From IMG/VR virus record IMGVR_UViG_3300034220_000009, positions 1-49,368 of that record: a DNA stretch of 49,368 nucleotides; one strand, 5' to 3'. Both the position numbers and the translations under genes were made by a program. Position 1 is the first letter of the stretch; each line of letters starts with the position of its first letter. The notes under the pieces were generated by a model. That model was not told where the DNA came from. It saw nothing but the letters and a program-made list of their open reading frames with translations, and did no database searches. Of the stretch, positions 31,517-40,104 are shown piece after piece. The stretch is from a virus.

Positions 31517-32835
31517 TGGAAGACGGGAAGATTGCCATTCCGCACGCGGTTGAGTCAGAGCGTATGGTGCTTGGCTCGATCCTCATTGACAGCTCATCGA
31601 TGAAGAAGGTTGCACATGTCATCAGCCACAAGGACTTCTACAACAAAGGTAACGCACTGATCTACCGCTCAATGGAGAAACTGTACCACGACCAGCAGGA
31701 CATCGATGCCGTGAGCGTGATGGATGAGCTGAAGCTGCGTGGCTATCTGGAAGACGCCGGCGGTGCTGAATACCTGATCGGGCTGACGTCAGACGTAACG
31801 ACCGTACTGCATATCGTCACTCACGCCCGTACCGTCCAGAAGCGCGCGACCTTGCGCCGGATGATCCGGGCCGGAGCTGATATCGTACGCATGAGTCAGG
31901 AAGAAGGCGACCTCGACCAGCTACTCATGAAAGCGGAAGAGAAGTTGAAGGGTGTGACGCGCGCCGCCGCCCATGCCGAGAACAAGCTAGCACTGATCAA
32001 CCTCGAAGACTGGCGCGAGATAGCCCGGAACACCACGGCGCAGGCCGGACAAGTCAGAGGACTATCCTTCGGCTTCAAGAACCTCGACGACGTTACGGAG
32101 GGGATCGAACCGGGTGAGATGGTAATCCTGACCGGCCACACCAAACATGGCAAGTCCAAGCTCGCCACGAACATCGCGTACAACGTCGCACAATCCGGCA
32201 AGACAGTGTTGTTCATCAATACGGAGATGACCAAGCTACAGGTAGCGCGGCGCTTCAACGCTATCGACGAAGGCCCGATGAAGGGGAAGATTATCCTCAA
32301 CGACCGGGGAACGCTGCAATACATGGACGCGATTCACCTCATGGAGCGTGCCAAGGAAGTCGGCTGTGACCTTGTGATCATCGACCACCTGCACTTCTTC
32401 TCCCGTTCGCTGGACAATGAAGCCAATCAGCTATCGATCATCACGAAGGAATTCAAAGAAGCGGCAGTGGAGTACGAGCTACCACTGATCATGCTCTGCC
32501 ACGTCTCCCAGAGCAACACGAAACAAGTACCGACGCTGCAATCGATCAAAGGCTCCAGCTCGATAGCGCAGGACGCCGACATCGTATTGACCGTATGGCG
32601 CGATGATCGGCCGAACGCTCCGAATCCTGATGATACGAAGGTGGTACGTCTGGCGCATCGATCAGCGTCAAATGCCAACCGGACGGCCATACTGTACTCC
32701 GACGGGATGCGCCTGTCCGAGACGCCGTTCGCAAAAGATGGCCCTACTCAATATGAAATGGACGCTCAACGCTTGGGCGAGAAGGATGATGACCTAGAAG
32801 ATGTCAAATTCGATAATAAGGATATGCCGTGGTAA
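31513..32835 (+). CDS. dnaB: Replicative DNA helicase DnaB (440 aa)
   Basis: N-terminal IPHAVESERMVLGSILIDS, Walker A GHTKHGKSKLA, Walker B-like LVIIDHLHF and C-terminal SIKGSSSIAQDADIV. Confidence 0.9.
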   Translation: MMEDGKIAIPHAVESERMVLGSILIDSSSMKKVAHVISHKDFYNKGNALIYRSMEKLYHDQQDIDAVSVMDELKLRGYLEDAGGAEYLIGLTSDVTTVLHIVTHARTVQKRATLRRMIRAGADIVRMSQEEGDLDQLLMKAEEKLKGVTRAAAHAENKLALINLEDWREIARNTTAQAGQVRGLSFGFKNLDDVTEGIEPGEMVILTGHTKHGKSKLATNIAYNVAQSGKTVLFINTEMTKLQVARRFNAIDEGPMKGKIILNDRGTLQYMDAIHLMERAKEVGCDLVIIDHLHFFSRSLDNEANQLSIITKEFKEAAVEYELPLIMLCHVSQSNTKQVPTLQSIKGSSSIAQDADIVLTVWRDDRPNAPNPDDTKVVRLAHRSASNANRTAILYSDGMRLSETPFAKDGPTQYEMDAQRLGEKDDDLEDVKFDNKDMPW

Positions 32836-33010
32836 GAAGTGCCGGGACGTACGTGTGCCGGTGGCCGCGCTCAACAAGATTCGTGTCCTCAAAATCTGGT
32901 GGCCGCCTATCCACCGAATCAACCTCGGACAGTACAGTTTCATGCTGATGGAGATCGACCCTTGGCCGAAACCTAAGAACGCAGAACTGTTTGATCCGCA
33001 CAGTGATTGA
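32801..33010 (+). CDS. Possible small protein (69 aa)
   Basis: It fills the gap after dnaB, and third-position usage looks coding-like. It overlaps dnaB by 35 nt, and no clear RBS was seen. Confidence 0.3.
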   Translation: MSNSIIRICRGKKCRDVRVPVAALNKIRVLKIWWPPIHRINLGQYSFMLMEIDPWPKPKNAELFDPHSD

Positions 33011-33024
33011 CAAAACCTCCGCAC
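32995..33024 (+). promoter_or_regulatory. Pair of TCCGCAC heptamers (23-bp spacing) flanking the -35 of the middle promoter
   Basis: TCCGCAC at 32995..33001 and 33018..33024. The spacing is the same as at 20341/20364. Confidence 0.7.
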
Positions 33025-33035
33025 TTTGGTATAAT
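33007..33035 (+). promoter_or_regulatory. Consensus sigma70-type promoter with extended -10
   Basis: TTGACA (33007..33012), 17 nt ending in TGG, then TATAAT (33030..33035). Confidence 0.8.
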
Positions 33036-33061
33036 GGCAGGACTTGATATGAAAGGAACGT

Positions 33062-33277
33062 ATGCAACCCTCATTTAAAAAGCCGGCTACCTTGGAAGAG
33101 TTCAAGAAGCGAGCCGACGAAACTACTTCAACGGCCGCCGAAGCTATGGTACGAGTGCTGCAACGCAAACGCCGGCAGCTTACGTTGCCGCTCGACGCGG
33201 AGATCAGGCACTACGCAAACATCATCGAATATAAACGCACCGGTAGGATAAGTTGGAAGGCAGAGGGCAAAGCTTAA
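33062..33277 (+). CDS. Hypothetical basic protein (71 aa)
   Basis: AAAGGAA RBS. It is the first gene after the consensus promoter. Confidence 0.6.
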   Translation: MQPSFKKPATLEEFKKRADETTSTAAEAMVRVLQRKRRQLTLPLDAEIRHYANIIEYKRTGRISWKAEGKA

Positions 33278-34383
33278 TGGCAGAATTTGAAGAGACAAAG
33301 CATTACGGTGGAGTAGCGACCGTCAAGTTCTATCCCGGCAATCACGCCTATTATGTGAACGATCCGGCCGTCAAGGCTAAGAACAAGCGCACCGGTGGTG
33401 GCACGAGTATTACGGGTATGCTCGGCAAGGGCGAAGGTCTGATGAAGTGGCCGATGTGGGAGATGAGCAAGTATCTGGAAGAGTTCTTCGCTACCACGAC
33501 GATCACGGAAGTAGTTAATGGGCCTGTCACGATAGAGGACTTGCTGGAAGCAGGACGTGACGCGCACATCAAGAAGTCTGATCGAGGAAAGTCCGTCGGT
33601 ACTGATGCTCACGCTTGGATCGAAGAATGGTCGCGCCTAAAGTTAGTTTCTCAACACGACAAGACAGAGTTTACGCCACCACCGATCCCAGACGTAGAGG
33701 ACATCGCTGCCGTACTACGCCGATCCTACATCGACATCATCAAGCGGCTCAAGCCAAAGGCAGTGGATGAGTGGAAGAAACTACCGGCGCTGATCATGAA
33801 GGATATCGAAGTCCGCGAAGCAATGTGGACAGAAGCTACGATGGTACGTCAGTCTATCATGGCCGCGAAGGAATGGCTCGACCAACACGAGATCTTCGTA
33901 CACGGCGCTGAAGATACGGTCTACTCTCGCGAACTGTTCGTCTGTGGCAAGTACGACGCTGACTGGTCAGTGACGTGTAGCGAAAAGTGCGGCTGGTGCT
34001 ACATGAATGGAGCCAATTCAACCGAAGACCCATCTAACGGCCTAGAGTCTGGCGGTCGTACATTTGTCGGTCGCTACATCGTCGACTTCAAATCTACCAA
34101 CGCCAGTAGCAGCGCCCCCAAGGGCATCTACCCGGAATATCTGGTGCAGTGTGCCGTGTACGATGTGGCTATCATGGAAGAACACCCCGAGCGCGAGTAC
34201 CACGGCTACCTGATCCTGAACGGTTCCAAGAAGCCATTCATCGATAAGGCCGGCAACGAACACCCTCTGTTCAATACCCACTTCAGCTTCGATCGCAAGC
34301 GTTGGCAACGTGTCGCCAGTATGCTAGCGGTTGTCAAGGAAGACATGTTTGCTGCCGGAAAGGAGATCAAGAGGTCAGCATGA
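33277..34383 (+). CDS. PD-(D/E)XK (RecB/Cas4-like) exonuclease (368 aa)
   Basis: TAATG overlap start (MAEFEETKHYGG). The motif block is GKYDADW...YIVDFKST...EYLVQCAVYDVAI (D...D-x-K...Q-x-x-x-Y). Confidence 0.55.
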   Translation: MAEFEETKHYGGVATVKFYPGNHAYYVNDPAVKAKNKRTGGGTSITGMLGKGEGLMKWPMWEMSKYLEEFFATTTITEVVNGPVTIEDLLEAGRDAHIKKSDRGKSVGTDAHAWIEEWSRLKLVSQHDKTEFTPPPIPDVEDIAAVLRRSYIDIIKRLKPKAVDEWKKLPALIMKDIEVREAMWTEATMVRQSIMAAKEWLDQHEIFVHGAEDTVYSRELFVCGKYDADWSVTCSEKCGWCYMNGANSTEDPSNGLESGGRTFVGRYIVDFKSTNASSSAPKGIYPEYLVQCAVYDVAIMEEHPEREYHGYLILNGSKKPFIDKAGNEHPLFNTHFSFDRKRWQRVASMLAVVKEDMFAAGKEIKRSA

Positions 34384-34571
34384 GCGAAGTTAAAGACGAA
34401 CAATATGTCGGCGTCCCAGATGATGACCTCGCTATCAACGCATGGATGCTGTCATTAGGCTTCAAGTGGATCGTTTACAGCGTCAATCTTTCCCATGGCA
34501 TATGGACCAAAGGTGATCTTGAGTTCACCCAAAAGGAAGCCGCTTACTGGTATAAGGTAGCTCACCCATGA
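34380..34571 (+). CDS. Hypothetical protein (63 aa)
   Basis: ATGA overlap start. MSEVKDEQYVG... Confidence 0.55.
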   Translation: MSEVKDEQYVGVPDDDLAINAWMLSLGFKWIVYSVNLSHGIWTKGDLEFTQKEAAYWYKVAHP

Positions 34572-34822
34572 AGAAGAAGCTGTCCAAAGCGGAGTTGAAG
34601 CGCCGTCGCGCAGCCGCAGACCAGAAGCGTATCGTCACCATGAGGGCTAAGTATGGCCCCAAGTGGTTCACGGAGAACGCCAAGAAAGCCCGTTCACAAT
34701 CGCCTGCTACATTCACGTCGGAGAGTAGTCAGGCCGCAAATAAAGCTCGCTGGGATCGCTACCGCGCCGAGCAAGCAAAACGCCGACAGAAAGGAGATAA
34801 AGATGGAAGCATCGACTCGTAG
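34568..34822 (+). CDS. Hypothetical highly basic protein (84 aa)
   Basis: Lys/Arg-rich (KKKLSKAELKRRRAAADQKR...). A nucleic-acid-binding role is a guess. Confidence 0.55.
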   Translation: MKKKLSKAELKRRRAAADQKRIVTMRAKYGPKWFTENAKKARSQSPATFTSESSQAANKARWDRYRAEQAKRRQKGDKDGSIDS

Positions 34823-35054
34823 TACGATCAACCCCTTGCGCTGGAATTGGTCAGTGGTGGGTGAAGTAGTCCAAGAGTACGCCGGCACAGTCCTCGTGCT
34901 GCTGCTCATCACTAACGGACTCGCCACGTTCCTGATCATGTTCGACAAACTGGTGGTCAGCACCGACGTCCGACACTTCGTAGGCGCACTGTCACTAGCC
35001 TTCAGCGTACTTGTTGTCGGCTGGGCGGTACATCGTGCGATCCGCAGCCGCTAG
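34803..35054 (+). CDS. Membrane protein (83 aa)
   Basis: AAAGGAG RBS. Two hydrophobic helices: GTVLVLLLITNGLATFLIMF and FVGALSLAFSVLVVGWAV. Confidence 0.55.
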   Translation: MEASTRSTINPLRWNWSVVGEVVQEYAGTVLVLLLITNGLATFLIMFDKLVVSTDVRHFVGALSLAFSVLVVGWAVHRAIRSR

Positions 35055-35078
35055 CATCAAAATAAGGAGGACAATCAC

Positions 35079-35555
35079 ATGGAAAATGACAGCCATGAAA
35101 CGCCACAGGACAAGTACCACAAGCTGAAGCTGAAGAATGATTACGATCAGGAAGCAGCCGAGCAGTTAGCCGACGCTATGAATGAAGTGCGACGTCTGCA
35201 AGCACTGATCGATGACAACGAAGAGCTTCGACCGTACGTCTGGACTACAGCCGATGGCAGGAGCGCCGCGTTGCACAAGCTGGAAGACGACCATCTGAAG
35301 AACATCATGACATGGATCGTCAACGTGAACGGCGTTGCAGTGCCACGCGCCATCAAGGCCGAAGCCTTAAAACGAGGTTTTCCAATCCCGCGCCTACCAA
35401 AAAGCAGCCCGACACTTAATCCAGCAGAGCTGCCCCGGCTACTAAGTGAAATGCACAACTATCACAATGCGATAGTTAACGGAGACGTTCAAGCTCAACA
35501 GCTACTAATGAAAAGCCACATCATCGACGCCGATGACTACGGCGAAGTAGACTGA
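35079..35555 (+). CDS. Hypothetical protein (158 aa)
   Basis: AGGAGG RBS. No motif recognised. Confidence 0.65.
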   Translation: MENDSHETPQDKYHKLKLKNDYDQEAAEQLADAMNEVRRLQALIDDNEELRPYVWTTADGRSAALHKLEDDHLKNIMTWIVNVNGVAVPRAIKAEALKRGFPIPRLPKSSPTLNPAELPRLLSEMHNYHNAIVNGDVQAQQLLMKSHIIDADDYGEVD

Positions 35556-35599
35556 CCGTTCAATCGTCCTGATAAAGTAATCGTAAGAAAGAAGGTATC

Positions 35600-35824
35600 A
35601 TGTTAAACCCCGACCGCGCACAACAGGCGTACACGCTGAACAAGAAGACACTCGTCACTATCACCAGCAAGCGGAGCGGCACTGGCTACATCCACAAGGT
35701 CGCGCTCACGCACACGCTGCACACCGAGCAGCCGCTTCGCTTCGACGACAAAGAGAAAGTAGCCGAACTGATCGAAAATATCGATCTATCAGAAGAACAA
35801 AGAGAATTGGATTTGGAGAGCTAA
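35600..35824 (+). CDS. Hypothetical protein (74 aa)
   Basis: GAAGG RBS. ORF abuts the next gene. Confidence 0.6.
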   Translation: MLNPDRAQQAYTLNKKTLVTITSKRSGTGYIHKVALTHTLHTEQPLRFDDKEKVAELIENIDLSEEQRELDLES

Positions 35825-36388
35825 ATGGCAGATATCGTACATCCCGAAGCGCAGTACCGCGTACAGACCGTAGGCAAGGCTACCCCCGTCAACATGAAAG
35901 ACGGCGGCAAGCTACTCAGCTACGACATACAACTAGAAGGCATCCCTGATTGGGTGTCGATACTACAGGCTGAAACAACACCTGCTCCGAAGAAGGACGA
36001 CACGCTGGAAGGTCACGTCGAAGACGGTGGCAAGTACGGCCTGAAGTTCAAGAAGAAGCGTACAGGCGGCTTCGGTGGCGGTGGTGGTGGACAGGCCAGC
36101 CCGGGCGCTATCTGGTCGGCAGCGTTCGCTACGGCGGCGCACATCATGGCAGGGTACGTCGCTACCTTACCAGAAGACAAGCGGCCGAAGCGGATAGACG
36201 AGTACTTCGAGAGGGTCGAGCAGATCGCCGTCAACGTCAAGGCCGCCGTCGAACGCCGCGCAGGTGAGACGCCAGCCGCACCACCGACGCCACCTCCTGC
36301 ACCAGCCGCACCGGCCGCAGCGAAGCCGGCTGACAACACCAATGTAGAAATCGAAGACCTCGGACAGCAAGATCTAGGAGAGTGGTAG
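35825..36388 (+). CDS. Possible single-stranded DNA-binding protein (187 aa)
   Basis: Beta-rich N-terminal part, Gly run (GGFGGGGGGQ), Pro/Ala linker and an acidic C-terminal tail ending in an aromatic residue (EIEDLGQQDLGEW), as in SSB tails. Inference only. Confidence 0.4.
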   Translation: MADIVHPEAQYRVQTVGKATPVNMKDGGKLLSYDIQLEGIPDWVSILQAETTPAPKKDDTLEGHVEDGGKYGLKFKKKRTGGFGGGGGGQASPGAIWSAAFATAAHIMAGYVATLPEDKRPKRIDEYFERVEQIAVNVKAAVERRAGETPAAPPTPPPAPAAPAAAKPADNTNVEIEDLGQQDLGEW

Positions 36389-36876
36389 TGGAACAGGACG
36401 TATCGCAATTTGACCTCGGCACGATGCAAGGCATCAGAGATGCTTACGAATTCTTAGTCGGGGACGTGTTCTCCGTGGTGGAAGACATTACGGTAGAGAC
36501 ACGGAAGGCGCGCAAGGCGATGGACTACGATCCGGTGGACATGAATCTCATCGCCACCGCCGGACTTGAACTATCGATCTTGAATCAGCGTTTGGGCGAC
36601 CGGGTTTGGCAGGCTGGCGTCATTGAGCGTGCGTCCAAGAATCACTACGAGACTGTGCGTGAAGGCCACAAGGTACGGTTGGTCGAGGAAGAAGCGATGG
36701 CCGCCGGCGTAGCCGACAGTCACAAAGTAGGACTCGCTAAGAAGGAGTTCGAATTATCCAACGACGCCAAGGGCCTTCACGACAAGCTCCAATATCTACG
36801 CAAGTCGACGGACAAGACAATCGACATGATCCGATCCAAAAACAGCATAGCGAAGGTGGACTATGGACACTCCTAA
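36388..36876 (+). CDS. Hypothetical protein (162 aa)
   Basis: GTG 36388 lies 5 nt after GGAGAG. An alternative GTG at 36382 is also possible. Confidence 0.55.
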   Translation: MEQDVSQFDLGTMQGIRDAYEFLVGDVFSVVEDITVETRKARKAMDYDPVDMNLIATAGLELSILNQRLGDRVWQAGVIERASKNHYETVREGHKVRLVEEEAMAAGVADSHKVGLAKKEFELSNDAKGLHDKLQYLRKSTDKTIDMIRSKNSIAKVDYGHS

Positions 36877-36989
36877 AAAGGGTAATGTCCTGAACGGATT
36901 TGAATTATGGTGGGAAGAGATGCTGCCACCCAAGCGCAAAAAGCGCTAAACTATATACAAATGCAAGCATCATTCAAAAAGGAAAATCA

Positions 36990-37307
36990 ATGTTAGACTC
37001 ACTAGTGTTCTGGGCTTCACATGCCCCTGCTTGGGAAATCCTCATCGTCGAAGCACTCGGCATATTGGTGGTGATTCATATGGTAGGCGGTGTCGTCCAT
37101 CAATGGAAGGAAGATAGTAATGAACCCGAAACCCACAGACAGCCCTCTAATCGCCCACGCCAAGCGCGAACTACGGTACGCGGAGCTGGATCAGAAAGAC
37201 GCCGATTATGGAGGGATGCTTGGAACGGCTACGTTAGCGCTAGTAAGACTCTTCGCCAAGCAGCGACATTCCGGAACAAGCGGCCAGATCACTCTCGCGC
37301 TGTTTAA
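36990..37307 (+). CDS. Questionable ORF: N-terminal transmembrane segment, then an Arg-rich tail overlapping the next gene
   Basis: AAGGAA RBS and MLDSLVFWASHAPAWEILIVEALGILVVIHMVGGVV look genuine. After 37120 the frame reads like an off-frame translation of the next gene. Confidence 0.25.
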   Translation: MLDSLVFWASHAPAWEILIVEALGILVVIHMVGGVVHQWKEDSNEPETHRQPSNRPRQARTTVRGAGSERRRLWRDAWNGYVSASKTLRQAATFRNKRPDHSRAV

Positions 37308-37563
37308 CAAGCTCGTCAACTTCCAACCGCTGACACCGATCACCGACGACCCCAAAGAATGGCGAGACGTCGGCAAGGAAATGTTGAGTACCGAAGACCG
37401 CATGAGCGGCAAGCAGATATGGCAGAATATCCGCGCCCCACACTGTTTCTCGAATGACTCTGGTAAGACGTATTGGAACTCGATGGACAACGAGTACAAG
37501 ATCAAGTCACAACCGAAAGGTGACAAGAGCTTCGATGATCCAACGCCGGAGGAATCGAAATGA
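37120..37563 (+). CDS. Hypothetical protein (147 aa)
   Basis: ATG 37120 behind GGAAGGAAG. Confidence 0.6.
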   Translation: MNPKPTDSPLIAHAKRELRYAELDQKDADYGGMLGTATLALVRLFAKQRHSGTSGQITLALFNKLVNFQPLTPITDDPKEWRDVGKEMLSTEDRMSGKQIWQNIRAPHCFSNDSGKTYWNSMDNEYKIKSQPKGDKSFDDPTPEESK

Positions 37564-37754
37564 TCGAAGGACAGTTGAGCGTGCTGCTCGTCTTCTTTCT
37601 AACGGTGGCGGTGGTGATGTCGGCTGCGCTCCTCACTTACGTTTTTGTTACACCCCTACCGATGAAACGTAGAGAATACGAGACTATAATTATCGGAACT
37701 ATGACAGCCACAGCTTCATGGGTCGCCGTGATGTTGTTGGCAGGATCGAAATAA
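37560..37754 (+). CDS. Membrane protein (64 aa)
   Basis: Two hydrophobic helices. ATGA overlap upstream. Confidence 0.55.
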   Translation: MIEGQLSVLLVFFLTVAVVMSAALLTYVFVTPLPMKRREYETIIIGTMTATASWVAVMLLAGSK

Positions 37755-38125
37755 TGTGGCGCGAGCGTCTACAAGAGAAGGTTGAGAAGTATATCAGGCG
37801 TGACATCGCTGACTCTTGGCAGCTGGCTTTTCTGGACTGGTGGAAGAAGACCGGCCCACCGATCATGAACGAGTTTGAAGGAGAGGTCGAACGGCTAGCG
37901 GAAGGCCATAGCAAGCTGGAACTTTCCAACCTGTACGCCATCATCGAAATGGACGGCGCTATCGATAAGAAAGATCCGAACGTACAGCGCGTGCTAGCCA
38001 CGATCAACCGCATGGGTATGGAGCTGCGTCAACCTATCGACTATACCCAGCCGGAAGACGATACGCGTGGCGTGACGGGCGAAACGGATATGCGCGTCGT
38101 AGAAGCTCTGAAAGGCGACGAATGA
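37754..38125 (+). CDS. Hypothetical protein (123 aa)
   Basis: TAATG overlap start (MWRERLQEKVEKY...). Confidence 0.55.
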   Translation: MWRERLQEKVEKYIRRDIADSWQLAFLDWWKKTGPPIMNEFEGEVERLAEGHSKLELSNLYAIIEMDGAIDKKDPNVQRVLATINRMGMELRQPIDYTQPEDDTRGVTGETDMRVVEALKGDE

Positions 38126-38298
38126 CCCGGGAGCAACGCATCACCACTAGCCGTCGTCTCGGCTTCGTCACGATGTCCTCTGCCTTCCTCATGGTACTTG
38201 CATCGCCGTCGATGGCAGCTTGGCAAATGGTGGCAGCGTTCGTCTGGTACATCGTAGGTCTGGCGATAACGCTCACCGCTTATGCGACAGATTGGTAA
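38122..38298 (+). CDS. Small membrane protein (58 aa)
   Basis: ATGA overlap start. MTREQRITTSRRLGFVTMSSAFLMVLASPSMAAWQMVAAFVWYIVGLAITLTAYATDW. Confidence 0.45.
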   Translation: MTREQRITTSRRLGFVTMSSAFLMVLASPSMAAWQMVAAFVWYIVGLAITLTAYATDW

Positions 38299-38569
38299 GG
38301 TCGGACTCTACCGGATCAGACGCCGGCAGCAATGGGTGAAAGATCATCCACCCAATCACCAAGACGCGTGGGTATGTTATCTTTGTAAGCAGTGGGTGTA
38401 TCGACCTGATATGGAACTTGACCATGTACTCCCCAAGAGTTCGACATCGAAAGAGATAGCAGAACACGATGACAATCTGAAGCCTACCCACGGATGGTGC
38501 AATCAGAAAAAAAGTTCAAGACGGATTCCACCGCCTCGCAAAGTGCGCGAGCGGCCGGACACTTGGTAA
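38282..38569 (+). CDS. HNH endonuclease (95 aa)
   Basis: CYLCKQW...ELDHVLPKS...DNLKPTHGWCNQKK (Cys pair, H-N-H core). Confidence 0.8.
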   Translation: MRQIGKVGLYRIRRRQQWVKDHPPNHQDAWVCYLCKQWVYRPDMELDHVLPKSSTSKEIAEHDDNLKPTHGWCNQKKSSRRIPPPRKVRERPDTW

Positions 38570-38678
38570 CTTAGCAGACAGGAGAAGCCGCGCATGACTC
38601 TAGGGTTGCGTACCCGTTATGACACGCACTGTGGAAAAGTGTCCTAACAACTACTCATCAGGGAGCAATCTTTTACCT

Positions 38679-39314
38679 ATGAAATCTACCACAAAACTAG
38701 CCGGCCTTCTTCTCGTTGTCGCTACCGCAACCGCCATCGTGCCTGCGATCCAAACGACAAACTCCAACTACATTGAGCGTAAAGCCCAAGCCCAGCCGGC
38801 AAAAACCGAAACGAAAAAGAAAACGCCACCACCAGCACCCATACAGGTTGCCGCCGTGCCGGTTCCACCTCCCGCGCCGCCGGTCGATCCTAACGGTTGT
38901 GAAGCACAAGGTATGTGGTGGCGAGCAGACAACTTCGCCTGTATCCCAAAGCCAACGCCGGTAGCCGTAGCTACGACTGCGCCAGCCCCACGGGCAGCAC
39001 CCGTCGCAGGCTTCGGCAGCTGTGACCTAGCCAACAACTACGATTGGCCCGTAGCCACGGCTCGCGCCGTCTGCATGGCCGAGAGCAGTGGCAATCCTGC
39101 CAACGTCAACATGGCTGACAATCACGGCAAGTGCGTCGGATCCTTCGGATTGATGCAGATAGGCTGCTTCTGGTTCCCCTACTACGGATATGACTCTAGC
39201 CACCACGCCAACGGGCCGGTTAATATGGAGATAGCCTACAAGATTTACAAGCGAAGCGGCAACTTCAGCGCTTGGGGAGCTTACAATAGCGGGGCCTACC
39301 TGAAATACCTGTAA
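38679..39314 (+). CDS. Secreted lytic transglycosylase (SLT domain) with Pro-rich linker (211 aa)
   Basis: Signal-like MKSTTKLAGLLLVVATATAIVPA, then a PPPAP-rich linker. The SLT motifs are AVCMAESSGNPANVN and GSFGLMQI. An upstream in-frame ATG at 38619 is also possible. Confidence 0.75.
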   Translation: MKSTTKLAGLLLVVATATAIVPAIQTTNSNYIERKAQAQPAKTETKKKTPPPAPIQVAAVPVPPPAPPVDPNGCEAQGMWWRADNFACIPKPTPVAVATTAPAPRAAPVAGFGSCDLANNYDWPVATARAVCMAESSGNPANVNMADNHGKCVGSFGLMQIGCFWFPYYGYDSSHHANGPVNMEIAYKIYKRSGNFSAWGAYNSGAYLKYL

Positions 39315-39328
39315 AGAAGGAGAGCGTG

Positions 39329-39586
39329 ATGTTCCGGCATATACTACCGATCGGCGACAGCCAACCCCACCAGCAGCAATTGAACTGCCCGTGCAATCCG
39401 ATGCTACAAGAGGGTGATGAGTTCGATCTGGTAGTCCACCAGTTCTTCAACGGGACTGGAGTGGTGTTGCAAGCGGAGCTAGCGATGCACATGCGTTGCG
39501 AGGACTGCGGTCACTACATGAGCAGCACCGGTGAGCATTGTCCACCACCGGAACCGTACTACGAGTACGATCACGAAAAGCCGTAG
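39329..39586 (+). CDS. Hypothetical Cys/His-containing protein (85 aa)
   Basis: AAGGAGA lies 7 nt upstream. It is the last gene of the rightward block. Confidence 0.55.
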   Translation: MFRHILPIGDSQPHQQQLNCPCNPMLQEGDEFDLVVHQFFNGTGVVLQAELAMHMRCEDCGHYMSSTGEHCPPPEPYYEYDHEKP

Positions 39587-39608
39587 CACCAGAAAACGTC
39601 TCCAAATG

Positions 39609-39635
39609 AAAAGCGCCGGGAATTCCGGCGCTTTT
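39609..39635. terminator. Bidirectional rho-independent terminator between the convergent blocks
   Basis: AAAA-GCGCCGG-gaatt-CCGGCGC-TTTT. Confidence 0.85.
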
Positions 39636-39648
39636 CTGTATCTGTCGT

Positions 39649-39810
39649 CTAGCGCAACAGATGGGATGCGAGGTATAGGACGGCGACCAACGCGCCAGCC
39701 AGACCGGCGTACCGCTTGCGGTCAGGATCACTGGTAGCTGACAGGAACGCGTACACGACCAATGCTGCTACCAAACCCCATATAAGTGCCGTGAGTAATA
39801 GTCCGAACAT
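39649..39810 (-). CDS. Small two-helix membrane protein (53 aa), lysis-cassette member
   Basis: MFGLLLTALIWGLVAALVVYAFLSATSDPDRKRYAGLAGALVAVLYLASHLLR. It is below the ORF-track cut-off. Confidence 0.5.
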   Translation of the reverse strand: MFGLLLTALIWGLVAALVVYAFLSATSDPDRKRYAGLAGALVAVLYLASHLLR

Positions 39811-39812
39811 GA

Positions 39813-40103
39813 TTATCCCTTCATCCTTTCTTCTACTTCTTTGATAGTTTCAACTACGCTGACCGGCTTTTCGTCTCGCTTGATGTAGCCTGACACGAAC
39901 ATGATGAGCGCCTGACCTGCTGATACCAGCGTCAGAATGGCTACCATAGCTGACTGTGCTTGTGAGCTGATGTCGTCTGGTATGATGACGCCGAAAGCCG
40001 CTAGCAGAGCGACGATCGCCGGTACGATAGCGCCCGCCGTAGCGACTGCGACCATCTTAGGAACGGGCTTGCCGTTGGGCTGTTCGTACTTGATTGTTTC
40101 CAT
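39813..40103 (-). CDS. Holin-like membrane protein (96 aa)
   Basis: Two transmembrane helices and a charged C-terminus. It lies immediately downstream of the endolysin. Confidence 0.55.
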   Translation of the reverse strand: METIKYEQPNGKPVPKMVAVATAGAIVPAIVALLAAFGVIIPDDISSQAQSAMVAILTLVSAGQALIMFVSGYIKRDEKPVSVVETIKEVEERMKG

Positions 40104-40104
40104 G

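Noticed and set aside
38282-38569. The HNH endonuclease as part of a cos-type HNH-terminase packaging pair.
   Set aside because: It is about 20 kb away from terL on the circular map and in another transcription unit. There is no evidence in the sequence for a cos site.
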